From Camelus dromedarius (Eukaryota): DNA of 64,000 nucleotides. The stretch lies in NCBI RefSeq assembly GCF_036321535.1, contig NC_087437.1, forward strand, positions 51,460,001 through 51,524,000, given 5' to 3'. The translations under genes and the position numbers were made by a program. This document shows positions 1 to 46,936 of this stretch, in pieces. The notes beneath the pieces are model-generated. The model ran no database searches, was not told the origin of the DNA, and worked only from the letters and a program-made list of their open reading frames with translations. Every line of letters begins with the position of its first letter. Position 1 is the first letter of the stretch.

Positions 1-11
1 ATTCATCATAG

Positions 12-3000
12 GTCATCTTGTCTTGGATCTGGCCCAGGCCCGGTCCACGCTGGTGCTGCCCACAGGCCTCATCGCCGCGGCCGGCACCATGACAGTGACC
101 CTGCACAGCAGCCGGGAGCTGCCCTCCAGGCCTGACGGGGTGCTGCACGTGGCTCTACCCTCTGTGCTCACCCCTCTGGCCCCTCCAGGCCCGCCGGGGC
201 CCCCCAGGCCTCCGGGGCTCTGTGACGACAGGTTGGGCCTATGGTGATTCTCTTCGTCCCTCCCTCGGCTACTCTGGGTCTAGTGCGGGTGAGGGGGCTT
301 TGGCAGAGTGCCCCGGGGGATGGGCAGGGTAGGGAAGGGCTGAGGCCAATCAGCCACAGGGTCTAGGGGCCTGGGAGGTGGCCCAGTGACCCTCCTGGTG
401 TTCCTTTCCAGCCCCACCAGCTGCTTCGGAGTGGGCAGCCCCGAGGGGGAAGGGCCGGCCTGGGAGGAGCCAGCTGCCCCTCGGGACGTGTTCTCAGGCC
501 CTGCCCGCTGCCCTGCCCCATACACCTTCTCCTTTGAGATGCTGGTGACTGGGCCATGCCTGCTGGCAGGTGGGTGTCCCTCCCAGCATAGCTGACTGGG
601 AAATAACTCAAGGCTCAGGGATGAGAGGAACATGGGACAAAAGGAAGACAGGGACCTAAGCCTTAGGAACTTCCAGTCTCACAATGGGATCATCCCCTGG
701 CCATTTCTACACAATACACACACCCCTAGGATTGTCAGTGTAATTTATTTATATTCCACTCCACTCACCAATGAGAAGAGAAATGCTTACAATGAGACCG
801 GTCTAAGTGATAAAGTTACGTTTCCTTGTGCAAGAGGTGGAGGACAATGTGAAATCAGCAACTGGTTGTTATATAACTCTTTGACCAGCCAGGAATACAT
901 CTCCCAGTCTATGAAGGCAGGCAAATCCCTCCTTGTCCACCCTATTCATTGGACTCAGAGCTGGGCTGAATCCGTCACAGTCCTGGCCCCCACCACTGTT
1001 GTCTGAGAAGGTGATATTTGTGCTCTTAGTACTGGCTTGGGGTGGAGTGATCATCNNNNNNNNNNNNNNNNNNNNNNNNNNNNNNNNNNNNNNNNNNNNN
1101 NNNNNNNNNNNNNNNNNNNNNNNNNNNNNNNNNNNNNNNNNNNNNNNNNNNNNNNNNNNNNNNNNNNNNNNNNNNNNNNNNNNNNNNNNNNNNNNNNNNN
1201 NNNNNNNNNNNNNNNNNNNNNNNNNNNNNNNNNNNGTGGGCCAGCTCTGACCTGCTTCAGGACCAGCTGGGTAGCATTTTTCAAGTATAGATTTCTGGGC
1301 CCCAAGTCAAATGTGTGACAAATGTGTGAGGATGAGCCCAGTGGTACAGGGAGGCTGGACCTGCAAGGTTCTCAGGATAATGGGACTGAGCAGTTGGGGT
1401 CTAGAGACAAGGGCTTCCCTGACAGAACTGGGTCCCCTCCTTTCCAGAGCCCCACCAGCCACACCTGATGCTGGAGGCTGGCAGCCTGAGCTCAGCAGAA
1501 TACGAGGCCCAGGTGAGGGCCCGCCGGGATTTCCAGAGGCTGCAGCGAAGGGACAGTGATGGGGACCGGCAGGTATGGCTGCCTGGGGTCCTGGCCTGGC
1601 CCCTGGCCTTACTGCTGGCTGCGTTAGTGCAGGAGAAGCAGGTGAACTGTCTTATGCTGGGATGGATAGGGGGTCTCTGCTCTCAGCAGGCCCTCTCAGT
1701 AGCTGCCACCACCATCCCAGAGGGCTGATGGGTATTGTCACAGGAGGTCCCTTGCAAGTCTCCCTGGGATGTGTCTCAGAGGATGGGGGCTAGGACTGAC
1801 AAAGGCAGAGGACAGCCACTTGCCTCTGCCCTTGCCTTTATTCAGATGAATACAAAAGGGTGCCCCTCTGGGGGGACTGGACTGAGAAAACCCCCGGGGC
1901 TAGGTCCTGCTGCCAGCCCAGGTCGCAGTTGCACTAAGCCCAGCCCAGGATGACTCGGGGTCCCGTGCTCAGGTGTGGTTCCTGCAGCGACGCTTCCACA
2001 AGGACATCCTGCTGAACCCCGTGCTGGTGCTGAGCTTCTGCCCGGACCTGAGCTCCAAGCCTGGACACCTGGGCACAGCCTCGCGGGAGCTCCTCTTCCT
2101 GGTGGATGGCAGCAGCGTGGCACACAAGGCCTGTGGGGGCGCGGCATGGGCAGGCCTGGGGCTGGGTGGGGCAGTGGGTCTGAGGTGGGCTGGGGGCAGC
2201 CTTCGAAGACAGATACACACCTTCTCTCTCTTTCTCATACTCACACATCCATGCATTTCTCCCAGATTCCAAGAGCCTCTTTCATACATAGAGGTACATT
2301 CAGTCACCCCAAACCCCAAACCCAGGGATTCACAAGCACCTCCAGGGTCACATACACAAACATCTCTCACAGGAACTCGGAGTCTCCCTCACACCCCAGG
2401 GTCTCACTCATAGAGATTTTTCACACACAGACTCACACACACGGGGCTTCCTCCCAGATGACCTCATCCGGCCCCTCAATTTACACACAGCCTGGAGAAG
2501 GCAGGCAATCTGGGTCCCGTGTTCTCTCCTGGTGCCAGTGGGGCCTGCCTCACCCTGCCCTTCCTGGCCCTCCCCAGGATGCCATCATTTTGGCTGTGAA
2601 GTCACTCCCGCCCCAGACACTCATCAACCTGGCCATGTTTGGCACGTCAGTGCAGCCCCTCTTCCCAGAGAGCCGGCCTTGCAGTGATGTGAGTGTGGCC
2701 CAGGGATCTGGGGGCCTAGCAGAGATGTTTCAGCTCAGCGTGGCCCAGCCTGTGCTTTCTTCCTCCAGGATGCCGTGCAGCTCATCTGTGAGAGCATTGA
2801 GGCCCTGCAGGCTGTGGTCGGCCCTCCAGATGTGCTGGCTGTGCTGGACTGGGCCCTGGGGCAGCCCCAGCACAGGGCCCACCCTCGGCAGCTCTTCCTG
2901 CTCACCGCTGCTTCACCCCTGGCCACCGTTACCCACCAAACCCTGGAGCTCGTGAGGTGGCACAGGGGGGCAGCCAGGTAAGGAGGGGGTGGGCACAGCC

Positions 3001-6000
3001 AGGCTCCTGAGATTGCTCCCCAAAGAGGCTCCTGGTGGTCACAGCTGCTCCCCTTCTCTCGTCAGGTGCTTCTCCTTTGGGCTGGGGCCTGCCTGCCGCC
3101 AGCTGCTCCAGGGCCTGTCTGCTCTTAGCCGGGGCCAGGCCTACTTCCTGAGGCCTGGGGAAAGGCTTCAGCCCAAGGTGAGCTTGAACCTGGGTCCTGT
3201 TGTGCCCTATTACTCAAGTCCTCCTCCCAAGTTGCACTCAGTCTGAAACAGAACCTGGTCAGTTTGTGGGGTCTCCTGGCACCCTGACCAGGACTCCTCC
3301 TCCACTCTAATCCCGCCTCTTCTTAGACAGGCCAATCAGGGGAGAACCCACTGTGCTGCTGTGGGGTGCTGCAGGAGGCCAAGGGTGTGGGGGCCACGGC
3401 CTCTGACTCCTTCAAAAATCTTGTTCTCAGTTTTGTCTCGGTACTGAGCCATGTCCTTGAAAAGCCTTGCCTCGTCTACACGGCATGGCTTAGGCCAGGA
3501 GATGCACCAAGCCCTGAGGACTGAGTGCTCAGTCCCCTCGCTTGTTCACACCCCAGGCCCCCGCCTCACCTGCTCCCTTCAGCCAGAGGTTCAGCAGATG
3601 GCTCTGTTGACTGTGTGACGCCTCTTTCTCTCCCATGACCTCCCTCTGGTCACACCCCACAGCTGGTGCAGGCTCTGCGGAAGGCACTGGAGCCCGCATT
3701 GAGCGACGTCTCTGTAGACTGGTTTGTTCCTGATACGGTGGAGGCACTGCTGACTCCTCGGGAGATCCCAGCACTCTACCCTGGGGACCAGCTGCTCGGT
3801 TACTGCTCACTCTTCAGGGTGGATGGCTTCCGGTCCCGCCCCCCTGGGGTAGGCCAGGGCTGGGATGGCTGAAGCCCCTGTATCTCTTCAAAACCCATTT
3901 CCTATTCCCTGTGCCTCTCTCTGCCAGACTCTCCTACTACTACCCACAAGGCCTCCCCAGAGACCACACTGCCCTAACCCCAGGTGACTGCAGACTGCCC
4001 CCATCATAAGGTCTTCCACTGAGCTGTCATGTGCTACCCTTGGGCACTAAAGCAACAGCCATACAGAAAAGTGCCAGCATTTGCTGCAAGGTTTTCGCCA
4101 AAACCTGTAGCTCAGCCACAGCAGCTCTAGTAACCCTATGGTCAGCACGTATGCATCCTTCTCCTTCAGTATTGGGCTTTCATTTCTGGTTTATTAACTT
4201 TATTGCCTCTTGCAGTGAGCCATCATAAATCCTGTTTGGAAAGAGGTAGTATGTAACTATAGTCAGTTTTTTTCCCCCCAATGTCTATGCCTCTCCAGGG
4301 CCAAGAGCCTGGCTGGCAGAGCTTGGGCGGTTCCGTGTTCCCATCCCCAGAGGAAGCACCATCTGCCACCAGCCCTGGAACTGAGCCCACTGGCACCTCA
4401 GAGCCACTGGGAACAGGCACTGTGTCAGCAGAGCTGTCCAGCCCGTGGGCTGCTGGGGACTCAGAGCAGAGTGAGTGCCCGGGTGTATGTGCGTTGGGGA
4501 GGAGTGGGCACTGGGAGAGAGGCAAGAGCCAGGATCTATTCTCCTGCCTCGCAATAGGTACTGATGCTCTGACAGACCCAGTTACGGACCCTGGACCTAA
4601 CCCCTCCTCTGAAACAGCCATATGGCGCCGCATCTTCCAGTCCTCATACATCCGGGAGCAGTATGTGCTCACCCACTGCTCTGCCAGCCCAGAGCCAGGC
4701 CCAGGCTCCACAGGCAGCAGCGAGTCCCCAGTCTCCCAGGGCCCTGGCTCCCCAGAAGGCAGTGCTCCCCTGGATCCCCCTTCTCAGCAGGGCTGCCGCA
4801 GCCTGGCCTGGGGAGAACCTGCAGGCTCCCATTCCTGCCCCTTGCCTCCACCCCCACTGGCTCCAGTCAAGGTGAGATTCAATCCACATCCATCTCCCAT
4901 GTATCCAGCAAATGTTTATTGACCATCTGCTGTATGCCATACATTATGCAGTGGTTACTAGTAAGTCTAGCTGAAGAACTAGATGGGTAAATCTATATGA
5001 TACAGTACAACATACTGATGAGCCCAGGACATGGCATTACTAGGATTCAGAATCAAGGTGACTAACCCTGTCTGAGAGAGTCAGGAAGGAAAGAGCCACC
5101 TCTTGAAGAATAAGAAGTTAGCCAGGTAAAAAGGGAGAAGACATGAATGAAAATAGGACAAGCAACAACCTTAAGTGAGAAATAGGGCATGGAGTGACAC
5201 GGCACTGGGAAGGGGGCCAGGGGCCATGAGAAACGTAAGGGTGATGAACAGCCATTCGGAGCTTCAAACAAAGGGGCAATGTGACCATTTGTGTCTGTAT
5301 GTCTGATGGCCAGGAGCTCTGCATTCCTGGACCAGTGAACCCCACTTTTTACGTGCAGACTGGGGCCTTGAGTGCTGAGGTGCTGGGCCGTCGATGCAGA
5401 GCAGCTCTGGCTGGTCGAAGCCTCTCATCACCCCCAGGCCGGGCCAACCCAGTCCCTGGCCATCCCCGACACCCATCTCTAGATGTAGCACCAGATGGGC
5501 CAGGCCCTGAGCCAGGGCAGCAGCTGGGACAGGGCCTGGATGACTCAGGTAAAGGTTGGATGGGGAGCTAGCTGGGTTCTGACACCAAGGAGGCTTTGGG
5601 GAGGTGGTAACCAGGGCACCACACTGCCCCTGGTCCTATCATTGTCTCTCTCCAGGAAACCTGCTCTCCCCGGCTCCCATGGACTGGGACATGTTGATGG
5701 AACCACCGTTCTTGTTCACAGCTGTTCCTCACAATGGGGAGTTGGCCACTCCCCCAGTACCACTGCCTCCCCAGGCTCCACGCTGCCACGTGGTGATCCG
5801 GGGCCTGTGTGGGAAGCAGCCTATGTGCTGGGAGGTGGGTGTTGGGCTGGAGACATTATGGGGGCCTGTGGATGGTGGCTCACAGCTTCCATCACCCCCT
5901 GAAAGAGAAAGTGCGTGGGACCAAGCACTCCATCGACTGACAGCAGCTTCTGTGGTCCGGGACAATGAGCAGCTGGCTCTCCGAGGAGGGGGCGAGACCA

Positions 6001-8217
6001 TGACTGACCAGGGTGAGTTGCTGGTGGGCCCAGTCAGGGATCAGGAAGCCTGTATGGGGCAGAGAGTGGCAGAGGCATGGGTCTGTGTGATCACTCCCTA
6101 TATCTCACCTTGCTCATAAATAATTTGAGGTGGCTCACCCACACTGACAAGGAAAAAAAGATTAAGCAAGACAATGGGACAAGAAAGGGAAAAATGAGAG
6201 GAAGCAGAGAATGAGGTTATATTAAAGATGCACACCATGAGGTTATGTGCCCTTGCAGGCATGGGACCCCAAAATTGGCAAGCTTCCTAGCAGCAAACAG
6301 AGAGGGAATGTCATCTTGTAGTGATTCACAGGGCCCACAAAACAAAATCTGTCACTTAGGAAGACTGTTAAAATTAGGTAAAGTTTTGGGGTTGAGGTTT
6401 TATCAGTGGTAAAGTGCATGCTCCACATGCACGAGGTCCTGGGTTCAATCCCCACTGCCTTTGTTAACGAGAGGAAAAAAAGCAAAATAAAATATTCTTC
6501 TAAAAAATGAAAGTTAAAATGTTAGTTCTTCAGTTGCACTCACCACACTTCAAGTGACTTAATAGTCACATGTGACGTGGCTACCATATTGGATTATGCA
6601 GATATAGAACATTTCCATCATTGCAGATAGAGGTCTATTGGATAGTGCTGAAATGAATGGATGGAAAAGGTACCAGTCAATGCTTCCTCTGGGTTGTGTT
6701 GAATTTGTTGAATTTGTGGGTATCCAGGGGACCTAGCCCTGCTACGAGGGAGTTGAGCATTCAGCCTAACCACTTATCATCAAAGCTGGGGACTCTGAGC
6801 TGGCCCTGAGAAGGAACTCCACTCTGTTCAAAAGTGCAGAGAGGGAGAAGCTATGGGAGCATTATAAGGTTTTTTTCCTGTGAAGCCCTTAGTAGAGACT
6901 GAGTGGTGGGAGTGCACCCCCTCCTGTTCAGCATGCTGCTCTTTGGTTTCATAGGCCATGCCCGGAGGTCCTGGCTCCGAGCCCTTCAGACAAGCAAGGT
7001 CAGCTCTGCTCCCTCCTGCTTCACCTGCCCTGTAGCTGTGGATGCCACCACCAGGGAAGTCCTGCCCACAGCCCTGCAGGTGCGGAGCTCAGGTATGGTC
7101 CCTCCCGGGTGCCAGTTCTCACCTCACTGGCCACCCCCCCAGACAAACCTTACCCCTGTCTTGTGTGTCCCCGCAGAGCCAGCCGAGCCCCCAGGCACCT
7201 CTCCTGGCTCTCAGGGCCATCTAGATGCAGCTCCTCTGCCCACAGTTGTCCACTCTAAAGGTAACACAAATTGGGGGAAATGGTAGGGAGCAACTGGGAT
7301 TAGGGACCACCACTGGCACTGAATGGTTCCAGTGCAGAACTTCAGGGAGGCTCTCTGGCAGGTGGCTGGGACCTGGATCAAAATGGCAACTCCAACTCTG
7401 CTTTGGGAGACTCTGCAGTGGCCCCCGGAAGTCCTCATCACCTGTCCCCCCAGCCTCCCTCTCAGCTTAGCCTGGGGCATCGCAAGGCCAGAGGCCCAGG
7501 CAGCCATAGACTCTGCAGCCCCAACAGCAGCCAGGCCAATGACAGCAACAGTGAAGGCAGCCCCCACGATTACTTGCCCTTGGTGAGGACTCGGGAGGTG
7601 GAGGGTGGCGTGGCCAGGGCCAGGGCACTGTCTCAGCTCGTTTCTCCCCCCACCTCCTCTCTCCTCAGGTTCGGCTGCAGGAGGCGCCTGGGTCCTTTCG
7701 CTTGGACGCGCCCTTCTGCGCCGCGGTGCGCATCTCACGGGAGCGCCTGTGCCGCGCCTCTCCCTTCGCAGCGCATCGCGCCAGCTTGAGCCCCACTTCG
7801 GCCTCCTCTCCCTGGGCACTTCTAGGACACGGTGTCGGCCAAGGCGACAGTGCCACGGCCTCCTGTAGCCCATCCCCCAGCTCAGGCTCCGAGGGTCCAG
7901 GCCAGGTAGACAGTGGGCGGGGCTCAGACACCGAGGCCTCGGAAGGGGCCGAAGGGCCTGGTGGTGTGGACCTGCGTGGCCGGACTTGGGCCACAGCTGT
8001 GGCGCTTGCCTGGCTGGAGCACCGCTGTGCCGCTGCCTTTGGCGAATGGGAACTGGCAGCAGCTAAGGCGGACTGTTGGCTGCGGGCACAGCACCTGCCT
8101 GACGGCCTTGACCTGGCCAACCTCAAGGCTGCAGCCCGGGGTCTCTTCCTGCTGCTACGCCACTGGGACCAGAACCTGCAGCTGCACCTGCTGTGCTACA
8201 GCCCAGCAAACATGTGA
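12..8217 (+). CDS. VWA5B2: von Willebrand factor A domain-containing protein 5B2, 3' portion (5' exons lie upstream of the window)
   Basis: Exons: 12-231 (alt donor 243), 412-569, [~132 nt exon inferred in gap 1056-1235], 1448-1572, 1973-2128 (GC donor), 2578-2688, 2769-2977, 3066-3177, 3663-3848, 4299-4470, 4558-4871, 5359-5548, 5656-6012, 6955-7092, 7177-7260, 7338-7582, 7669-8217 (TGA). Phases are consistent. Peptides GHLVLDLAQARSTLVLPTG, VWFLQRRFHKDILLNP and RHWDQNLQLHLLCYSPAN match remembered VWA5B2. Confidence 0.95.
6388..6507 (+). mobile_element. tRNA-derived SINE (camelid-type)
   Basis: A-box-like TCAGTGGTA, B box GGTTCAATCCC (6442-6452), A-rich tail. Confidence 0.8.
6509..6650 (-). 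mobile_element. MER3-like hAT-Charlie DNA transposon remnant
   Basis: Similarity to remembered MER3 consensus (…GGCTACCATATTGGA…GATATAGAACATTTCCATCATTGCAG…TCTATTGGATAGTGCTG). Confidence 0.6.
7583..7668 (+). ncRNA. MIR1224: mir-1224 precursor (mirtron = last intron of VWA5B2)
   Basis: 86-nt GT...AG intron that begins GTGAGGACTCGGGAGGTGG (miR-1224-5p) and ends CCCCACCTCCTCTCTCCTCAG (miR-1224-3p). The two ends are complementary. Confidence 0.93.
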
Positions 8218-8470
8218 GGGTCGCCTGTTGCTTGGGTTAGCACCCCCACCAGACTCAAGTCACTGCCACCCAGGGCCAGCTTCTCGGTGCTGGGGAGGGG
8301 TAGGCTGGTGACAGCCTGCCCCCACTGCTTCTCATCCCCTTCACAGAATCCTCTTGCCCCCACAGAAAGTGCCTGCCTGTGCTCTCTCCCGCTTCTCCCA
8401 TCCCATGTCCCTTCTGAGCTCTGTGCAGTGCAGTGGAAGGGGAGAGAGCCACAGTCCCACAATCCTATGC

Positions 8471-8476
8471 AATAAA
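8471..8476 (+). terminator. VWA5B2 polyadenylation signal AATAAA
   Basis: AATAAA ~250 nt after the VWA5B2 stop, followed by T/GT-rich sequence. Confidence 0.75.
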
Positions 8477-8561
8477 GTGCCTCTTAGAACTGTATGAGTT
8501 CTTTATCTGCAACGTGCCTGCCCCTCACAGCTTGGTCTGTACAGAAGTGGACTTTGTAAGG

Positions 8562-8567
8562 TTTATT
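8562..8567 (-). terminator. ALG3 polyadenylation signal AATAAA
   Basis: TTTATT on the + strand, ~65 nt past the ALG3 stop. Confidence 0.75.
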
Positions 8568-8631
8568 GGGAAGGGCAGAGTCCATCCCCATCCAGGGTCC
8601 TGAGAATGGACTGGAGGGGAAAAGGTGGATC

Positions 8632-43592
<34,961 letters not shown>

Positions 43593-44374
43593 NNNNNNNN
43601 NNNNNNNNNAATGGCCCGCTGTTGCCAGGGCCTGGGGCAGCTCACCCTTCAAGGCTGTTTGCTCTGGGGTTTGGAGAAGGCAAATGCCAGCTAGGCTGGG
43701 TCTGGCCCCTCTATACCACAGATGACATGAGTCCTGGTCCCTTTTTGACCACCACATCGTGCCTCTGTTTTGGGGGTGCCCCTGCCTCCAGCAGAGCCCC
43801 CACCATTCACTGTGACATTCTTCCGTGTCACCCTGCCTGGAGGAGGCTGGGATGGGGTGGGGGGGCACCGGCTCCCACAGGAAGGAGTCCACCTCTTCTG
43901 GTCCCAAGCTCACTGGGCTTGGGTGACCATGGGGCCTGCTATGCCTGCCGCCCTCTGACGACGCAGGGCCTGGCTGGTGTGCCCCGAGGCTCATTCAGTG
44001 CTCTCTCCAGAATAGACTGAGCTCCTTTCAGTCCTGCCCTCAGGGGCTGCCCCCACCCCATGTTCCTCGTGCTGCTGCTCCTAATACTGCTGCCATCCCT
44101 CGCTGATAGACCAGCTGTGCTCAGCTCTTAGTGGAAGCCTGAGGGCCTTTATGAGCCTCCCTGCTGCCTCCCGGGTCCCCTGGGCTCAGAGAAGTGTACA
44201 TGTGTAGGGGATGCTAGTTCCTGTGTCCTGGGGTACAAGTCTTAGGGGGGGGTGACTGATTCTCCCTGGACCAAGCAGAAAAGCAGATAGAGCAGGGAGA
44301 GGGAAGGATAGAGTTTATTTTTACAGGAAACAGGGTGGGGAGGGAGTGACCCTGGCCCTGTAGGACCCTGTGCC

Positions 44375-44380
44375 AATAAA
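44375..44380 (+). terminator. ECE2 polyadenylation signal AATAAA
   Basis: AATAAA ~780 nt after the inferred stop, followed by T-rich downstream sequence. Confidence 0.7.
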
Positions 44381-46800
44381 TAGACATGCATCAGTCAGCC
44401 TGTCTCTTCCTTTGGTCCTGTTTTCATTTACTCATTCCACCAATATTTACTGAGCACCTACTGTATGCCAGGTACTCTTCTAGACACTCACTTACTCGCT
44501 TACCAGACACTGGGGTCTGAAATTTGAAGCCCCAAGAAGACAGAAAGAGAGGCAGGATGTAGGAATAGAATGAAGTTGAGTCTGCCTGGGTGGAGTACAT
44601 GCTCTGCTTACTGGTAGCCCATGTCCCCATCGCCAGCTGTCCTACAGCTGGAAGCATTTACCACAGCCCTCCACTGGTGCGTGCAGCTGGGCCTGACACT
44701 GAGTCTGGGTAACTGCTTGGCCAGGGTTGGCTTGGAAGATGGGTGGTCCTTACCCTGCAGTGGAGGGAAGACCTGGTAAGATAACACTTCACTCTCTGGA
44801 GCTCAGAGCACCACCCTCTCCTTGTGGCTGAGGGGACATGCGTTTCTTCATGTCCTCTAAGGCTAGTGCTCCTGAGACCCACTCATTCCCACCTACACAC
44901 GCTCATTGAGGCCTACCAAGTGCCAGGCACAGAGATTCCAGGTACAGCTGCCGCCCTCCAGAAAGAGGGAGGGAGAAGGAGCATCTAGTGAATACCTCTT
45001 GTGTTCCAGGCACCTCTGCTAGGCGGCTCATTTCTTTAGTCACTCATTCGTTTATTTATTTATACATTCATAGATGATTTTTTAAAGTGTATGGATTACC
45101 AATAATGTGCCAGGCACTGGTGATGCAAGATGAATAAGATGGTTCCTTCCCTCCGGTGACCCTTCTTCTGTTGGCACTTTCACCTTCGTGAGCTCATCTG
45201 ACCCTCACAGCAACATATTTTATAAGTGCTCCAGTTTCCATTTTACAGATCTCACCCTAATCACTTCTCTGTAGTCAGAGACCTGGATTGAAATTGAAGC
45301 TCTGATAGCTGTAAGAGCTTGAGCCTGTTCCCTAACCTCTTAATGCCTCAGTTTCCTTATCTGTAAAATGAGAACCAGAGAAAAACAGTGGAAAAGATCT
45401 CAATCTCAATTCTCTTAAAAACAGTGTTCCCCAAGGTGTAAGTAGGAGTGGTTGTATTTCGTTTGGAAGGGTAAGAGGGAAGCTCTGGAAGTGATTGCTG
45501 CTGGGGTCCCTGGTCACTGGTCCCTGGGTGATGGTACCAGCATATATCCCACAGTCTGAATCCTGCCCCAGCATCAGACTGTCCCCATAAAGAGCTCTAT
45601 GTGGGTCTCTATCAAGTTACTTGGAAGTGCGGCTGCTCACCAAGGGAAGGAAATTGCTGGCTACTCAGAGCAAAGTGGCCTTGGGAACTCCAAGACCAAG
45701 GGGAAGCATGGCTTGAGTCTCTGCTCTGAGAGCACAAGTCTAGGAGGGACAGCAAAATGTATCGGAGAGAGGAGGGCAGTCACGTCTGGAAACAAGGTTC
45801 TGGCTGCAACTCTGCCAGCCCCTAACTGTGTGACACCAGGCACGGCTTATTCCCTCCTCAGATCTCAGTAACCTTAGCAGTCTGTAAAATAAGTGCGTTG
45901 GATGAGATGATCTCTGAGGACGAGATCAACTTTAATTTAAGAAGTGACTTCAAAGGCTAAGCAAGTTCTGGAACCCAAATAAATATTAAGAAATGGCTTG
46001 TGAAGTTTGAGTGTTGCCCAGAGAATGAGCTTTATAATGTCAGTGTAATGATAGAGGAGAGAGGCTTGGCATCATAAAGTCTTGCCCTTCCCCTGACACC
46101 TGACTTCAGAGGCCATCTTAGGATACTGACTAGCTGGCCACTGTGACATTAAAACCCCATTTTTGCAAAAGGTCAAAGTGTCAAATGATGATGATGATGG
46201 TGATGTTGATGATGATAAGCAACCCTCATTTACCAAGTCCCTTTTTTGCTCAACCCTGTGCTTAAGCACTTTAAGAACATCATCTCATTAAATTCCTGTA
46301 ACAATTTGTAAGGAGGGCCTTATCATTGTATCTATTTTACAACTGAAGAAACTAAGGAAAAAGATGACACAACTTCCAGTGTCAGCTAAGACAGATTACA
46401 TTAAAGTCAAATTTGGAACTCAGATGCTTTTAATCACCACCATTTAGTCTTCTAAGTCATGACAGAGTTTTGACTTAAGCATATATATATGTCTTCTGGG
46501 CAATTTCATTGTGCTTCCAAGTGAGGCCATCACCAGCAGGTGCATTTCTATGCCACCCAGCTCACCTGGGTCACCTGGGCCACCTGGGCCAGGTACATGT
46601 GGCAGCCAGGCAGCTGCAGAAAACCTAAGCACATTTTGAGCTGAAATTAAGCCAGGTAGCACTGTTTGTTGAGCACTCTGCAGGTGCTTGGTTCCAGAGG
46701 CAAGGTAAGGTGAACATCAGGTGACAGATATAACCTTCACCCTTAGTGGCCTGCCAAGCTGATAAGTATGCTGATAAGTATGCATCTGTGATATGCTTTA

Positions 46801-46936
46801 CTTTTTTTTTTTTTTGGTGGGGATAGGTAATTAGATTTATTTACTTGTTTATTCTTAGAGGAGGTACTGGGGATTGAACCCAGAACCTCATACATGCTAA
46901 GCATGCACTCTACTACTTGAGCTATATCCTACTCTC
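46801..46936 (-). mobile_element. Young tRNA-derived SINE with 16-bp target-site duplication
   Basis: Poly-T tail, GGGGATTGAACCC (B box reverse complement), TSD TCTGTGATATGCTTTA at 46785-46800 and 46937-46952. Confidence 0.88.

Noticed and set aside
1975-2955. 326-aa ORF as a separate gene
   Set aside because: Chimera of an off-frame exon, intron sequence and one true VWA5B2 exon (DAIILAVKSL…SD).
4084-4110. Short hairpins (4084-4110 in a VWA5B2 intron; TAGGATAATA-CTAA-TATTATCCTA at 18030-18053)
   Set aside because: Too short for a pre-miRNA, no snoRNA boxes, and the second is in MIR-derived AT-rich DNA. Chance-level.
6388-6460. tRNA gene (A/B boxes)
   Set aside because: No complete cloverleaf, an A-rich tail, and two related copies elsewhere in the window: a tRNA-derived SINE.
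44371-44380. miR-96 seed match GTGCCAA overlapping the ECE2 AATAAA
   Set aside because: A single 7-mer at the extreme 3' end; not distinguishable from chance without conservation data.
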